Assembly (NCBI GenBank): GCA_041663565.1
Contig: JBAYMJ010000003.1
Span: 4,188-68,187 of the forward strand
Origin: Candidatus Micrarchaeia archaeon
GTDB taxonomy: Archaea; Micrarchaeota; Micrarchaeia; Norongarragalinales; CAINOH01
Reading direction: 5' to 3'
DNA length: 64,000 bases
Made by a program: the position numbers and the translations under genes. Shown in pieces: positions 17,206 to 25,616 of this stretch (its first letter is position 1; the number at the start of each line of letters is the position of its first letter). The notes below the pieces were generated by a model. It was not told where the DNA came from and did no database searches. It was given only the letters and a program-made list of their open reading frames with translations.

Positions 17206-18471
17206 TTGACAATCGCAGGTGCTTTCACGATGACTTCCTTCTCCGGGTTCTACAAATTGTCGCGCAAGGAACGCCTTGCAAAAATCAAGGAGTTCGCTGG
17301 GCTTACCGACGAGGAAATCAAGACCCTCGAATCAGCTGACGCGCTCGGCTTCGAGACTGCTGACAGGATGGTTGAGAACGCAATCGGGACGTTCCAGCTT
17401 CCGCTCGGCGTTGCCGTGAACTTCGTAATCAACGGCCAGGAAAAAGTCATTCCGATGGCAACCGAGGAGCCGTCTGTGATTGCAGCTGCAAGCAACGGCG
17501 CGAAGCTCGCGCTTCCGGAAGGCTTTTCGACAGGCACAACGGACCCGATTATGATTGGCCAAATCCAGCTTGTGAACGTGCCTGATGCAAAGAAGTCGGC
17601 AAAGGAAATCATTGCCAAGAAGAAGGAAATAATCGCGATGGCGAACAAGCCCGACGCGCCGATGGTAAAGTACGGCGGAGGGGTAAAGGAACTTGACGTC
17701 AAGGAATACGACACGCCACGCGGCAAGATGCTCGTGGTTTACCTCTTCATAGACTGCAGGGACGCGATGGGCGCGAACGCGGTGAACACGTTCTGCGAGA
17801 CTCTTGCTCCCGAATTTGAAAAATTGACTGGAGCAAAAGCGCGCCTTAGGATTTTGTCCAATTTTGCAACCCAAAGGATTGCGAAGGCAAAAGCCGTTTG
17901 GAAAAAGGAAACCATCGGCGAGGAAGCCATTGAAGGAATCCTCGACGCTTACGAGTTCGCGGCAGCGGACAACTTCCGGGCAGCAACGCACAACAAGGGC
18001 GTGATGAACGGCATTGATGCGGTCGTGATTGCAACCGGGAACGACTGGCGGGCCGTGGAAGCCGGCGCACACTCGTTTGCATCGATGAGCGGAAGATGCA
18101 TGCCACTTACCAAATACAAAAAGACCAAGTCTGGCGACTTGGAGGGTGAAATTGAAATCCCGATGGCAGTCGGGCTCGTCGGTGGGGCCACCAAGACCCA
18201 CCCGGTTGCAAAGCTTGCTGTGAAGATGCTTGGCGTCAAGTCCGCAGGCGAGCTTGCGCAAGTCATCGCGGCAGTCGGCCTGTCCCAGAATTTTGCCGCG
18301 CTCAAGGCGCTTTCGACCGAGGGAATCCAGCGCGGCCACATGGAACTGCACGCCCGTAACGTAGCTGTTGCAGCCGGAGCCAAGGGCAAGCAGGTTGACG
18401 AGATTGCGGAGAAGATGATTTCCGAAAAGAACATCCGGCAGGAGCGCGCTGCCGAGCTTCTGAAGAAATAG
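17206..18471 (+). CDS. hmgA: HMG-CoA reductase; ATG likely at 17230
   Basis: MTSFSGFYKLSRKERL..., EEPSVIAAASNGAKL, DAMGANAVN, GIQRGHMELHARN. Confidence 0.9.
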   Translation: MTIAGAFTMTSFSGFYKLSRKERLAKIKEFAGLTDEEIKTLESADALGFETADRMVENAIGTFQLPLGVAVNFVINGQEKVIPMATEEPSVIAAASNGAKLALPEGFSTGTTDPIMIGQIQLVNVPDAKKSAKEIIAKKKEIIAMANKPDAPMVKYGGGVKELDVKEYDTPRGKMLVVYLFIDCRDAMGANAVNTFCETLAPEFEKLTGAKARLRILSNFATQRIAKAKAVWKKETIGEEAIEGILDAYEFAAADNFRAATHNKGVMNGIDAVVIATGNDWRAVEAGAHSFASMSGRCMPLTKYKKTKSGDLEGEIEIPMAVGLVGGATKTHPVAKLAVKMLGVKSAGELAQVIAAVGLSQNFAALKALSTEGIQRGHMELHARNVAVAAGAKGKQVDEIAEKMISEKNIRQERAAELLKK

Positions 18472-18491
18472 GTTTTCCGGCCCTCACGGAA

Positions 18492-18890
18492 TCAGCGCTT
18501 TTTCTCGTATTTTTTCAGCGAGGACACGACGTCGCCTTCCAGGGTACGCACGGACTTCTTGAGCCTGCACAACCCCTCGACGTCATGTTCGAACTCGCGC
18601 GGCACCCTCACCGGATGCCAGGCGGTCACCTCTACCCCGCTCCCGCTTTTTTCGGCGTGGACCGACACGTTCAATCCGTGCAGGAGCTCGGCCCGTTCCT
18701 TGAAGTCCGCAAGCGCGGACTTGGTGCGGTTGAAGTTGCCGTTGACGCTGCACCTGTGCTCCGCAAGCACTTTCCCGCCGTCGACAAACTTGTAGCCCGT
18801 GGCCGCCTTGACCGGGCCTTTGGAAACCGGCGAAAGCACGCCCTCAAGAATCTTGCGGACAGGCGCGACCTTATTCATGCAATGCATCAA
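18492..18890 (-). CDS. Hypothetical protein (last gene in the same direction as the pilus-machinery operon)
   Basis: 132-aa ORF with no recognised motif. Confidence 0.35.
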   Translation of the reverse strand: MMHCMNKVAPVRKILEGVLSPVSKGPVKAATGYKFVDGGKVLAEHRCSVNGNFNRTKSALADFKERAELLHGLNVSVHAEKSGSGVEVTAWHPVRVPREFEHDVEGLCRLKKSVRTLEGDVVSSLKKYEKKR

Positions 18891-18944
18891 CTTCCCAAAC
18901 GGTATTAGGTGTGAATGCCAACGAATTTATCTTCCTTGGGTGGC

Positions 18945-18960
18945 TTGCCCCGGCGGGCAA
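18945..18960 (-). terminator. Hairpin TTGCCC-cggc-GGGCAA adjacent to the tadC-like gene stop
   Basis: Read directly, 4 nt from the stop codon at 18964..18966. Confidence 0.25.
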
Positions 18961-18963
18961 CCC

Positions 18964-19998
18964 TTAGAAGTTCGTGAATATGCCGCTGGTCACGCTGCGC
19001 GCAATCTGGAAGACGATGATTGACCCTATTGCCAGCAGCGGGAAGTATTTTACGCCGTAGAGTATCTTGCCGCGCGAAATCACGCCCATCAGCACCGACG
19101 CAAAGAAGGCCGTGCCTATCAGGGACATGTAGGATATGAAGATGGCGTACTCGGAGTTGATGACCACCTGACCGGAGAAGAACGGCAGCGAGTAGCCTTC
19201 GATGGCCTCGCCGGAAAACTGGCCCTTTATGCCAGAGTATATGTCCAAAAACTGCGCGGATACCGCAAGCAGGCAGGGGCTGACTATCAGGATGATGAAG
19301 AACAAAAACATCGTGTAGGAACGAGTTGAGGTTATCAGCTCCGCCTTGAGCTCCTGGTTCCGCCTGACTTCCTCCGAAATCGCGGTGAGGAGCTCGGCAA
19401 GCTGGCCGCCCGAACGCACGCTCTTTTCGAAAAGCGTGATTGTGCGCTCGAGTATCTCGGAGTCTATGCGCTCGTTGATTGAGCTCAGCGCCTCGGCAAG
19501 CGACTGGCTGGAGCCGGCCTTCACCGCCGCTATCTGGATCTCCTTCTCAAGCGGCCCGAGCTCGGCAGTCGCGGAGCGCCTGAACGCGTTGAACGGGGTC
19601 ATGCCCGCGCGCAGGTTCGCGGCAATCATGAGCAAAAACTCGGGCAGCACGCGCTCGACCTGCTCGGAGCGGGAGACTATCGAGTAGTATATCACCAAGT
19701 AGAAACCGAAAACCCCGATTGCGAAGCCTATGAAGAAGGACAGGACGCACAGCATGCCGACAAGGAGGGGCGAAAACGTGCCGAAGTCTATTATCAGGAC
19801 CTTCAGGTCCACAAGATAGAACACGAAGGGCAGGATGGAAAACAGCAGGCCGATGATTACGGAGTAGATTGCGCGCTTGCCGAACCAGCGCGCGGCGTCC
19901 TCCGAGCCGCCCGCCTTGTTTATCTTGTCCTGCAGGATGCCGCGCTGCTTGAGGGGCAGGAACTCGCCGATGCGCCTGTAGAACGAACCTAGCTTCAT
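18964..19998 (-). CDS. Type II secretion system F-family (TadC/FlaJ-like) pilus assembly membrane protein, paralogue 2
   Basis: Start trimmed to ATG 19998 (MKLGSFYRRIGEFLPL...), which forms an ATGA overlap with the upstream gene stop. It is a polytopic membrane protein with the cytoplasmic helical-domain pattern typical of GspF/TadC. Confidence 0.7.
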   Translation of the reverse strand: MKLGSFYRRIGEFLPLKQRGILQDKINKAGGSEDAARWFGKRAIYSVIIGLLFSILPFVFYLVDLKVLIIDFGTFSPLLVGMLCVLSFFIGFAIGVFGFYLVIYYSIVSRSEQVERVLPEFLLMIAANLRAGMTPFNAFRRSATAELGPLEKEIQIAAVKAGSSQSLAEALSSINERIDSEILERTITLFEKSVRSGGQLAELLTAISEEVRRNQELKAELITSTRSYTMFLFFIILIVSPCLLAVSAQFLDIYSGIKGQFSGEAIEGYSLPFFSGQVVINSEYAIFISYMSLIGTAFFASVLMGVISRGKILYGVKYFPLLAIGSIIVFQIARSVTSGIFTNF

Positions 19999-20879
19999 AC
20001 CGCGGGCCTCGATGAATTTATGTAGCCTATCAGGCCAATCTGGCCCAGGAACGCGCCGAAGAGGATGACAAGGTACGCCTCCTCGGAAAGGCCTATGCCT
20101 GAGAACGTCGAAAGCAATATGAGGAAGGTCATGCCGATGGACGGCAGCGCGGCAGCCACGAGCATGTACATGAGCACCAAAAAGTTGAGGCTTGCCGAGA
20201 AGTCCTTGACCACCTGGCGGCGGTCCACCATCAGGTTGTCCACAATCTTGCGGAGCGTGTCGTTGAGGGGTGCGCCCGAGTCGAGCGCAGTGAGCAGCTG
20301 CCACACTATCTTCTTGAGGTACTCGCTGCGGCTGCGGAGCGCCATGCGCTCGAGCGCCTTCTTTTCGGGCATGCCGTTGTTTATGTCGCGAACGGTTATC
20401 GCGAACGCGCGCGAGGCGTAGCCGTAGCTGCCCTGCGCCACGTTGAGCATCGCGTTGTACAGCGTGACCCCCGACTCTATCTGCAGCGAAAGCTCGCGAA
20501 GGGCGAACACCAGCTCGTTGTCCGTCATCTGCGCGATTTTCCGCAGCATTATTGTCGGGTAGTAGAGGTAGAACGCGAGCGCGCAGGCGAATGCGAGGGC
20601 CACCATGCCAAGCAGGAAGAACGCGCTCAGCTGCGCGCCTATCAGGGTGATGAAGAAGAACAGGAAGCCGAGGAAGAACGCGATTATGCCTGCTGAAAAC
20701 GTGGCGGCGCCGATGTAGTCCTCCGGGTCGAAGTTCTCGAAAAGCTGCACCAGGTCGTTGCGCACGCCGGGCAGCAGCATCAGCACGTTGGCGGCTATGT
20801 TGTGCATCTTGTGCGAGAAGCCGCGCTTGGGCTGGATTAGCAAGAAGGGTATGCGCGCCTGCTTGACCTGCGGTTGCAT
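19995..20879 (-). CDS. Type II secretion system F-family (TadC/FlaJ-like) pilus assembly membrane protein, paralogue 1
   Basis: 294 aa, polytopic, directly downstream (6 nt) of the secretion ATPase. Confidence 0.7.
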   Translation of the reverse strand: MQPQVKQARIPFLLIQPKRGFSHKMHNIAANVLMLLPGVRNDLVQLFENFDPEDYIGAATFSAGIIAFFLGFLFFFITLIGAQLSAFFLLGMVALAFACALAFYLYYPTIMLRKIAQMTDNELVFALRELSLQIESGVTLYNAMLNVAQGSYGYASRAFAITVRDINNGMPEKKALERMALRSRSEYLKKIVWQLLTALDSGAPLNDTLRKIVDNLMVDRRQVVKDFSASLNFLVLMYMLVAAALPSIGMTFLILLSTFSGIGLSEEAYLVILFGAFLGQIGLIGYINSSRPAV

Positions 20880-20885
20880 CGAGCC

Positions 20886-22637
20886 TCAGACCTTCTCCGG
20901 CGAGATGTTCTTCTCGACCGCGTCAATCACCGACGCCTCGTCGGCATAGTAGGCCTTCATCACGCCGCCCACCTGGTCCGCGTTGTTCCATTTCCATTCG
21001 TTCATCCAGTCCAGTATCGCCGCCTTGTTCTGCTGATCCTCGATGATCTCGCGCTCGATGAGGCCCGTGTGCAGGTTCATGTAGTCGTAGTAGCGCGAGG
21101 GCGCCTTGACGAACTCGTACGAGTCCGAGCGCGGCCTCCACAGGTAAACGTGGTTGAGGTCGGGCATCCCGTCCGTCGGGATGACTTCGGAAATCTCGAG
21201 CGTCCGGCGCAGGTTCTTGCGCCTGTCGCGGTACTGCATCACGACAAGGTTTATGGCCTCGAGCTCGTTCTCGGGAATCTCGATGGGCGGGTGCGTAAGG
21301 CGGTTGACGAGCTGCACGCCGGTATCGGCGTGTACCGTCGAGAGCACGGAGTGGCCCGTGTGCATGGCCTCGAAGAGCACCTCGGCTTCCGCTTTCCTGC
21401 GGATTTCGCCGAGTATGATTCGGTCGGGGCGCATGCGCAGGGCGTTTATCATCAGGTCGAGCGTGGTTACCTCGCCCTTTCCTTCCTGGTTTGCCGAGCG
21501 GGAGATGAGCGGAATCCAGTTCCACTCGTACTTCGCAGGCATCAGCTCGCGCGTATCCTCGATGGTGACCACGCGGTGGTGCGGCTGGATGAGCGAGAAC
21601 AGCGCGTTGAGCATGCTGGTCTTCCCGCTTGCCGTCCCGCCGCCAATCAGGACGTTGAACTCGTAGTGCACCGACTGCCATATGAGCGCGGCCATCTCCG
21701 GCGAGAGCGTCTTGTTGGCGCCGTAGGACAGGTTGACTATGGTCCACGGGTCGCGCGAGAACTTGCGGATGGTCAGGGTGTTTCCTGCGGATGACACCGG
21801 CATGAGCGTGGCGTTCACGCGGTCGCCGGTGTCAAGCTGCGCGTCAAGAAGCGGCGAGAGTATGCTGACCTGTTTTCCTGCGCGCCTGCTGATGAGCGAG
21901 GCCATGTTGGAGACGTCCTCGTCCGTGCCGATGAAGAGGTTGGTGTGCATCCAGCCGTACTTGCGGTGGTAAACGCCGATGGGCTCGTCGCCCTTGTTGA
22001 TTATGATTTCCTCGGTATTGGCGTCCTGCATGAGCACGTCGATGTCGCCGAGGCCGTACATGGAGCGCGTGATTATTCCCGCAAGGACGGGCAGGTCCTT
22101 GTCTGCAGGCGCAAGCTCCGCCTTTATCTTTGCGCTCACCATCGCGTACTTCTCGGCCGGGGTCTGACCCTTCTTGGAGCCGAACGCGCCTGAAGAATCC
22201 GCCGGCGCCTCCTTCGCTATCTCGTCCTGTAAATAGGAAAAGTAAATCCTGCTGTAGGGGCTGACCGAAGGCACGTCGACATGGTAGACCGGCCTGCGGG
22301 AGAAGTTGTCGAAGAAGATTTTTACGGTGGTGACGACGTCGCCTTCCTCGGACTTTATCGGGTAGGAGTCTATCATCTCCGACGCGGGCTTTGGCACCGC
22401 GCGCTCGGACAGCTCGGTCTTGAGGTTGACTATTGGGTCTTCCGCTATGTTGAGCGGGTAGTATAGGTCAACGACCGAGTGGGCCTCCAGGAGCTTGACT
22501 ATGCGGTCAACGGCATCCGGCGACCAGTCGAGGCGCTTCGCAGCCTCGCCTACGGTAAGGTCGCCTAGCTTAATCAGGTCAATCAGGTCGTCTATCTTGG
22601 TCCGAATCATGGGTATGAGCCCCGCAAGCCACTTCAT
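20886..22637 (-). CDS. Type II/IV secretion system ATPase (archaeal FlaI/PilB-like)
   Basis: Walker A GGGTASGKTSMLNAL, VTIEDTRELM, RMRPDRIILGEIR, AMHTGHSVLSTVHA. Confidence 0.85.
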   Translation of the reverse strand: MKWLAGLIPMIRTKIDDLIDLIKLGDLTVGEAAKRLDWSPDAVDRIVKLLEAHSVVDLYYPLNIAEDPIVNLKTELSERAVPKPASEMIDSYPIKSEEGDVVTTVKIFFDNFSRRPVYHVDVPSVSPYSRIYFSYLQDEIAKEAPADSSGAFGSKKGQTPAEKYAMVSAKIKAELAPADKDLPVLAGIITRSMYGLGDIDVLMQDANTEEIIINKGDEPIGVYHRKYGWMHTNLFIGTDEDVSNMASLISRRAGKQVSILSPLLDAQLDTGDRVNATLMPVSSAGNTLTIRKFSRDPWTIVNLSYGANKTLSPEMAALIWQSVHYEFNVLIGGGTASGKTSMLNALFSLIQPHHRVVTIEDTRELMPAKYEWNWIPLISRSANQEGKGEVTTLDLMINALRMRPDRIILGEIRRKAEAEVLFEAMHTGHSVLSTVHADTGVQLVNRLTHPPIEIPENELEAINLVVMQYRDRRKNLRRTLEISEVIPTDGMPDLNHVYLWRPRSDSYEFVKAPSRYYDYMNLHTGLIEREIIEDQQNKAAILDWMNEWKWNNADQVGGVMKAYYADEASVIDAVEKNISPEKV

Positions 22638-22753
22638 TACATTTCCGGGCTATTTCATTGTTTAGGTTTGCAGGGCGCCTTTGACGGCAATATGCCGTTT
22701 TCGGCAATCCCGCCAAAAAGCCCGTTTCAGGCTCCTGCCGGGTCCTGCGGCCC

Positions 22754-24283
22754 TCAAATCATGTCAAGGATTACTTTCTCAATCTCGATGACCGGGTACT
22801 GGTCGATGCGCGAGCACACGTAGGAAAGCGCGTGGGGCGAGGACGAGTACGCCTCGAAGAGCACGTCGCCTTTCCGGATGCGCTGCTCCTTGCGCGCCTT
22901 GAGGATTATGCCTGCCTGCTTGTCCGACGGCGCGCCGAGCGCGCGGCAAAGCCGGAAGATTGCCTTGTTGTCTATGTGGCCCACCTTGCCGTCGGCCTTG
23001 GACTTGATGCGGGTCATTTCAGCTGAAATCTTGATTTGCGAGGCCCTGACGTCCGGGTTGCCTCCCTGCGCCCCGATTATCTCACGGAACTTCTCCTCCG
23101 CCTTGCCGGACTCCAACTGCTTTCTTGCAAGGGCGTATGCCTTGTCCTTGTCCATCTTCTTGGCCATCTGCAGGATGACCGAGCTCATTATCATCGCCTT
23201 CTCTGCAAGCTGCTGGTTGGACTTCCCTCCGTCGGCAAGGGTCTCAAGGACCGCCCTTGCCTCCAGGCTCGGGCCTATCGAGTTCATCGCGGGCTCGGAG
23301 CCGTCGGTGATTATGCAGTTCAGGCTCATCCCCAGGCGCGAGGAGAGCATCTTGAAGCTGTTGGCAAGCGAGTTGGCCTCCTTTAAGTCGTCAATCTTGC
23401 TCCCGCGGCCGACCGGTATGTCCAAGAGCACGTGCTTTGCGCCCTCGGCCTTCTTCTTTGCAAGTATGCTGGAAAGGAGCAGGCCCGACGGGTCGAGCCG
23501 CAGGGGGTGGCGCACCTGGATGAGTTTGTCGTCAGCTATTGCGATGTTCACCCCGCCGCCCCAGACCAAGGCGCCGCCGGTCTTCTTCGCAACTTTCTCC
23601 ACCTGCTCGCGCGACAGGTCAACCGGCGCCAGCACTTCCATCGCGTCGGCAGTGCCGCTGGCAGAGCTTATTGCGCGCGAGGCGGTCTTTGGTATCGTGA
23701 TTCCGCAGGACGCGATTATGGGCACTATGAGCATGGAGACGCGGTCCCCCGCAACTCCGCCGATGCTGTGCTCGCTTGCCACTATCGAGCCTTTCGGGAA
23801 GTGCATCGCCTCGCCCGAACGCACCATGGCCTTGGTAAGGCCGACAATCTCGTCGGGCGCAAGCCCGCGGATGTAGATTGCGGTGACGAATGCCGACAGC
23901 TCGGCCACCGAGAAATTCTCGACCATCAGGTCGTCTATTATCTGGCCGATCTCGGCCTCGGTAAGGCTGAGGCCGTCAAGCTTCTTGCGGATGAAATCCA
24001 GGCTCTGCGGCCGCTGTGCCTTCTCCACGCATATCTGCTTCCCCTCGCAGTCGCCGAGCTTGGAGGACACGTCGGCAAACAGGCTTATCTCGTCGGTCCG
24101 CACGTACTTGTCGGAGTAGTCCGCAAGCGCGAGCACCTTCCTCCTGCCGTACGAGATGAGGATGCGGTCGCCCTTCTCTATGTTGAGCTTGTGCGCGGTC
24201 TCGTCGTTGAGCACGGCCACGTTGATTCCTGCCTCGACGTCGAAGCACCTGGCCTTGTAAGTGTTGACACAAATATTAGGCAT
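22754..24283 (-). CDS. AMP phosphorylase (thymidine phosphorylase family with the archaeal N-terminal domain)
   Basis: 509 aa. Extra N-terminal domain (FDVEAGINVAVLNDETAHKLNIEKGDRILI), then the glycosyltransferase-family-3 core (SIGGVAGDRVSM, TASRAISSASGTAD). Confidence 0.8.
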   Translation of the reverse strand: MPNICVNTYKARCFDVEAGINVAVLNDETAHKLNIEKGDRILISYGRRKVLALADYSDKYVRTDEISLFADVSSKLGDCEGKQICVEKAQRPQSLDFIRKKLDGLSLTEAEIGQIIDDLMVENFSVAELSAFVTAIYIRGLAPDEIVGLTKAMVRSGEAMHFPKGSIVASEHSIGGVAGDRVSMLIVPIIASCGITIPKTASRAISSASGTADAMEVLAPVDLSREQVEKVAKKTGGALVWGGGVNIAIADDKLIQVRHPLRLDPSGLLLSSILAKKKAEGAKHVLLDIPVGRGSKIDDLKEANSLANSFKMLSSRLGMSLNCIITDGSEPAMNSIGPSLEARAVLETLADGGKSNQQLAEKAMIMSSVILQMAKKMDKDKAYALARKQLESGKAEEKFREIIGAQGGNPDVRASQIKISAEMTRIKSKADGKVGHIDNKAIFRLCRALGAPSDKQAGIILKARKEQRIRKGDVLFEAYSSSPHALSYVCSRIDQYPVIEIEKVILDMI

Positions 24284-24419
24284 GTTTTCTGACCCCGTTT
24301 TGCAAGCAGATTAATGCGGGGTGGATTAAAACGGTAATGTCGAATGGCTCCCCTGCGACCCGCCGGCTGCTTACTGCCGACCCGCCACAAAAACCTCCCG
24401 CGCGCTGGGAACGGTTAAA

Positions 24420-25586
24420 ATGCACTGCCTTCCTCGTAAGTTGGGGGAAACGATGCGCGGCCAAGCCTCAACTGAATACCTGGTAGTCCTCGGTGCGGTC
24501 CTTGCGGTCGGGCTGGTCGCAGTAGGCACCATGGCCGCGCTCCCGTCGTTCGGCCAGATGGCAAGGCAGCAGCAGCTTGACCAGTACTGGATGGCCGCGA
24601 CGCCCTTCTCTATAACGGCCATCAAGCTCAGCGACGGCAACTTCTCGCTTTCCGTCGCAAACAACGCAAAGAAGCCCGAGGTGCTTACAGGCATCGAGCT
24701 TGGCACGGGCACGCAGGTAATCCAGTTCTGGGCGTCCAACGGCTCGCAAAGCTTCCGGCCGGGCCAGGAAACGGTGGTCGCGAACGAGTCGTTCAACTTT
24801 TCAGGAAACCCCTGCTTCGGCAAGCCCGTCGGCACGTATTACGAGTTTGACAACATCACACTAGTCTACACCGAAGGGAGCATCCCCGGCATGCGCCAGG
24901 CGGGCATGGGCATCGCGGGCGCCTGCTCGGGAGTGGACCTGACCTCGCCGGCGGTCAACGCACAGCCGGGATACGCCTTCCTTTCAGGCTACGTGCACGA
25001 CGCTTCGGGCGCCGGGCTTGCAAGCGCGCGCATCAACGTCACGAACGCGACGAACGCCCTCTCGGCGGTGACCGACGCTTCGGGCTACTACTGGCTCAAC
25101 GTCCCGCTTTCCGGGTCCTCGCAATTTTCGGTCAACGCAAGCTCCGGCGCGATGTACAACTACACCGCGACAACGGTGCTCCTCATAACAGAGACGCCCG
25201 CCACGCTCAACTTCGTGATAGGCAGCCAGCCGGGAATAGAGTACATTACGTTCATCCGGGACGCCTCCGGAAGCAATGTCGCTGCATTCACGACTTCGGG
25301 CAACCTTGTGCTGAAGGGCGGGTGCTACTCTGGAGCGAGCTGCTCAACCCCGCCGGACGGCTCGCTCATAATACGCGACTCCTCCGGGACGGCCCACGCG
25401 TACATCAACAGCTCGGGCAGCCTCTGCGTCGAGGACGCGAACTGCAACTACTACGATTCCAATTGCAACGACGCGCCCGACGGCTCGCTGATACTGCGAA
25501 GCCCTTCTGGCGCGAACGCGACGTACATAAGCCCGACGGGCACGCTGTGCACGATTGGCGAGATTTGGCAGTACGGCACGCCATAG
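24420..25586 (+). CDS. Prepilin-like protein (class III signal peptide) with a CarboxypepD_reg-like domain and Cys-containing C-terminal repeats; ATG likely at 24453
   Basis: MRGQ/ASTEYLVVLGAVLAVGLVAV is a canonical archaeal pilin signal. ...GYVHDASGAGLASARINVTNATN...GYYWLNV has the carboxypeptidase-regulatory-like pattern. The repeats are PPDGSLIIRDSSGTAHAYINSSGSLC and APDGSLILRSPSGANATYISPTGTLC. Confidence 0.65.
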   Translation: MHCLPRKLGETMRGQASTEYLVVLGAVLAVGLVAVGTMAALPSFGQMARQQQLDQYWMAATPFSITAIKLSDGNFSLSVANNAKKPEVLTGIELGTGTQVIQFWASNGSQSFRPGQETVVANESFNFSGNPCFGKPVGTYYEFDNITLVYTEGSIPGMRQAGMGIAGACSGVDLTSPAVNAQPGYAFLSGYVHDASGAGLASARINVTNATNALSAVTDASGYYWLNVPLSGSSQFSVNASSGAMYNYTATTVLLITETPATLNFVIGSQPGIEYITFIRDASGSNVAAFTTSGNLVLKGGCYSGASCSTPPDGSLIIRDSSGTAHAYINSSGSLCVEDANCNYYDSNCNDAPDGSLILRSPSGANATYISPTGTLCTIGEIWQYGTP

Positions 25587-25616
25587 TCGTGCTTCGGAAA
25601 ATTATCTTGATTCGAG

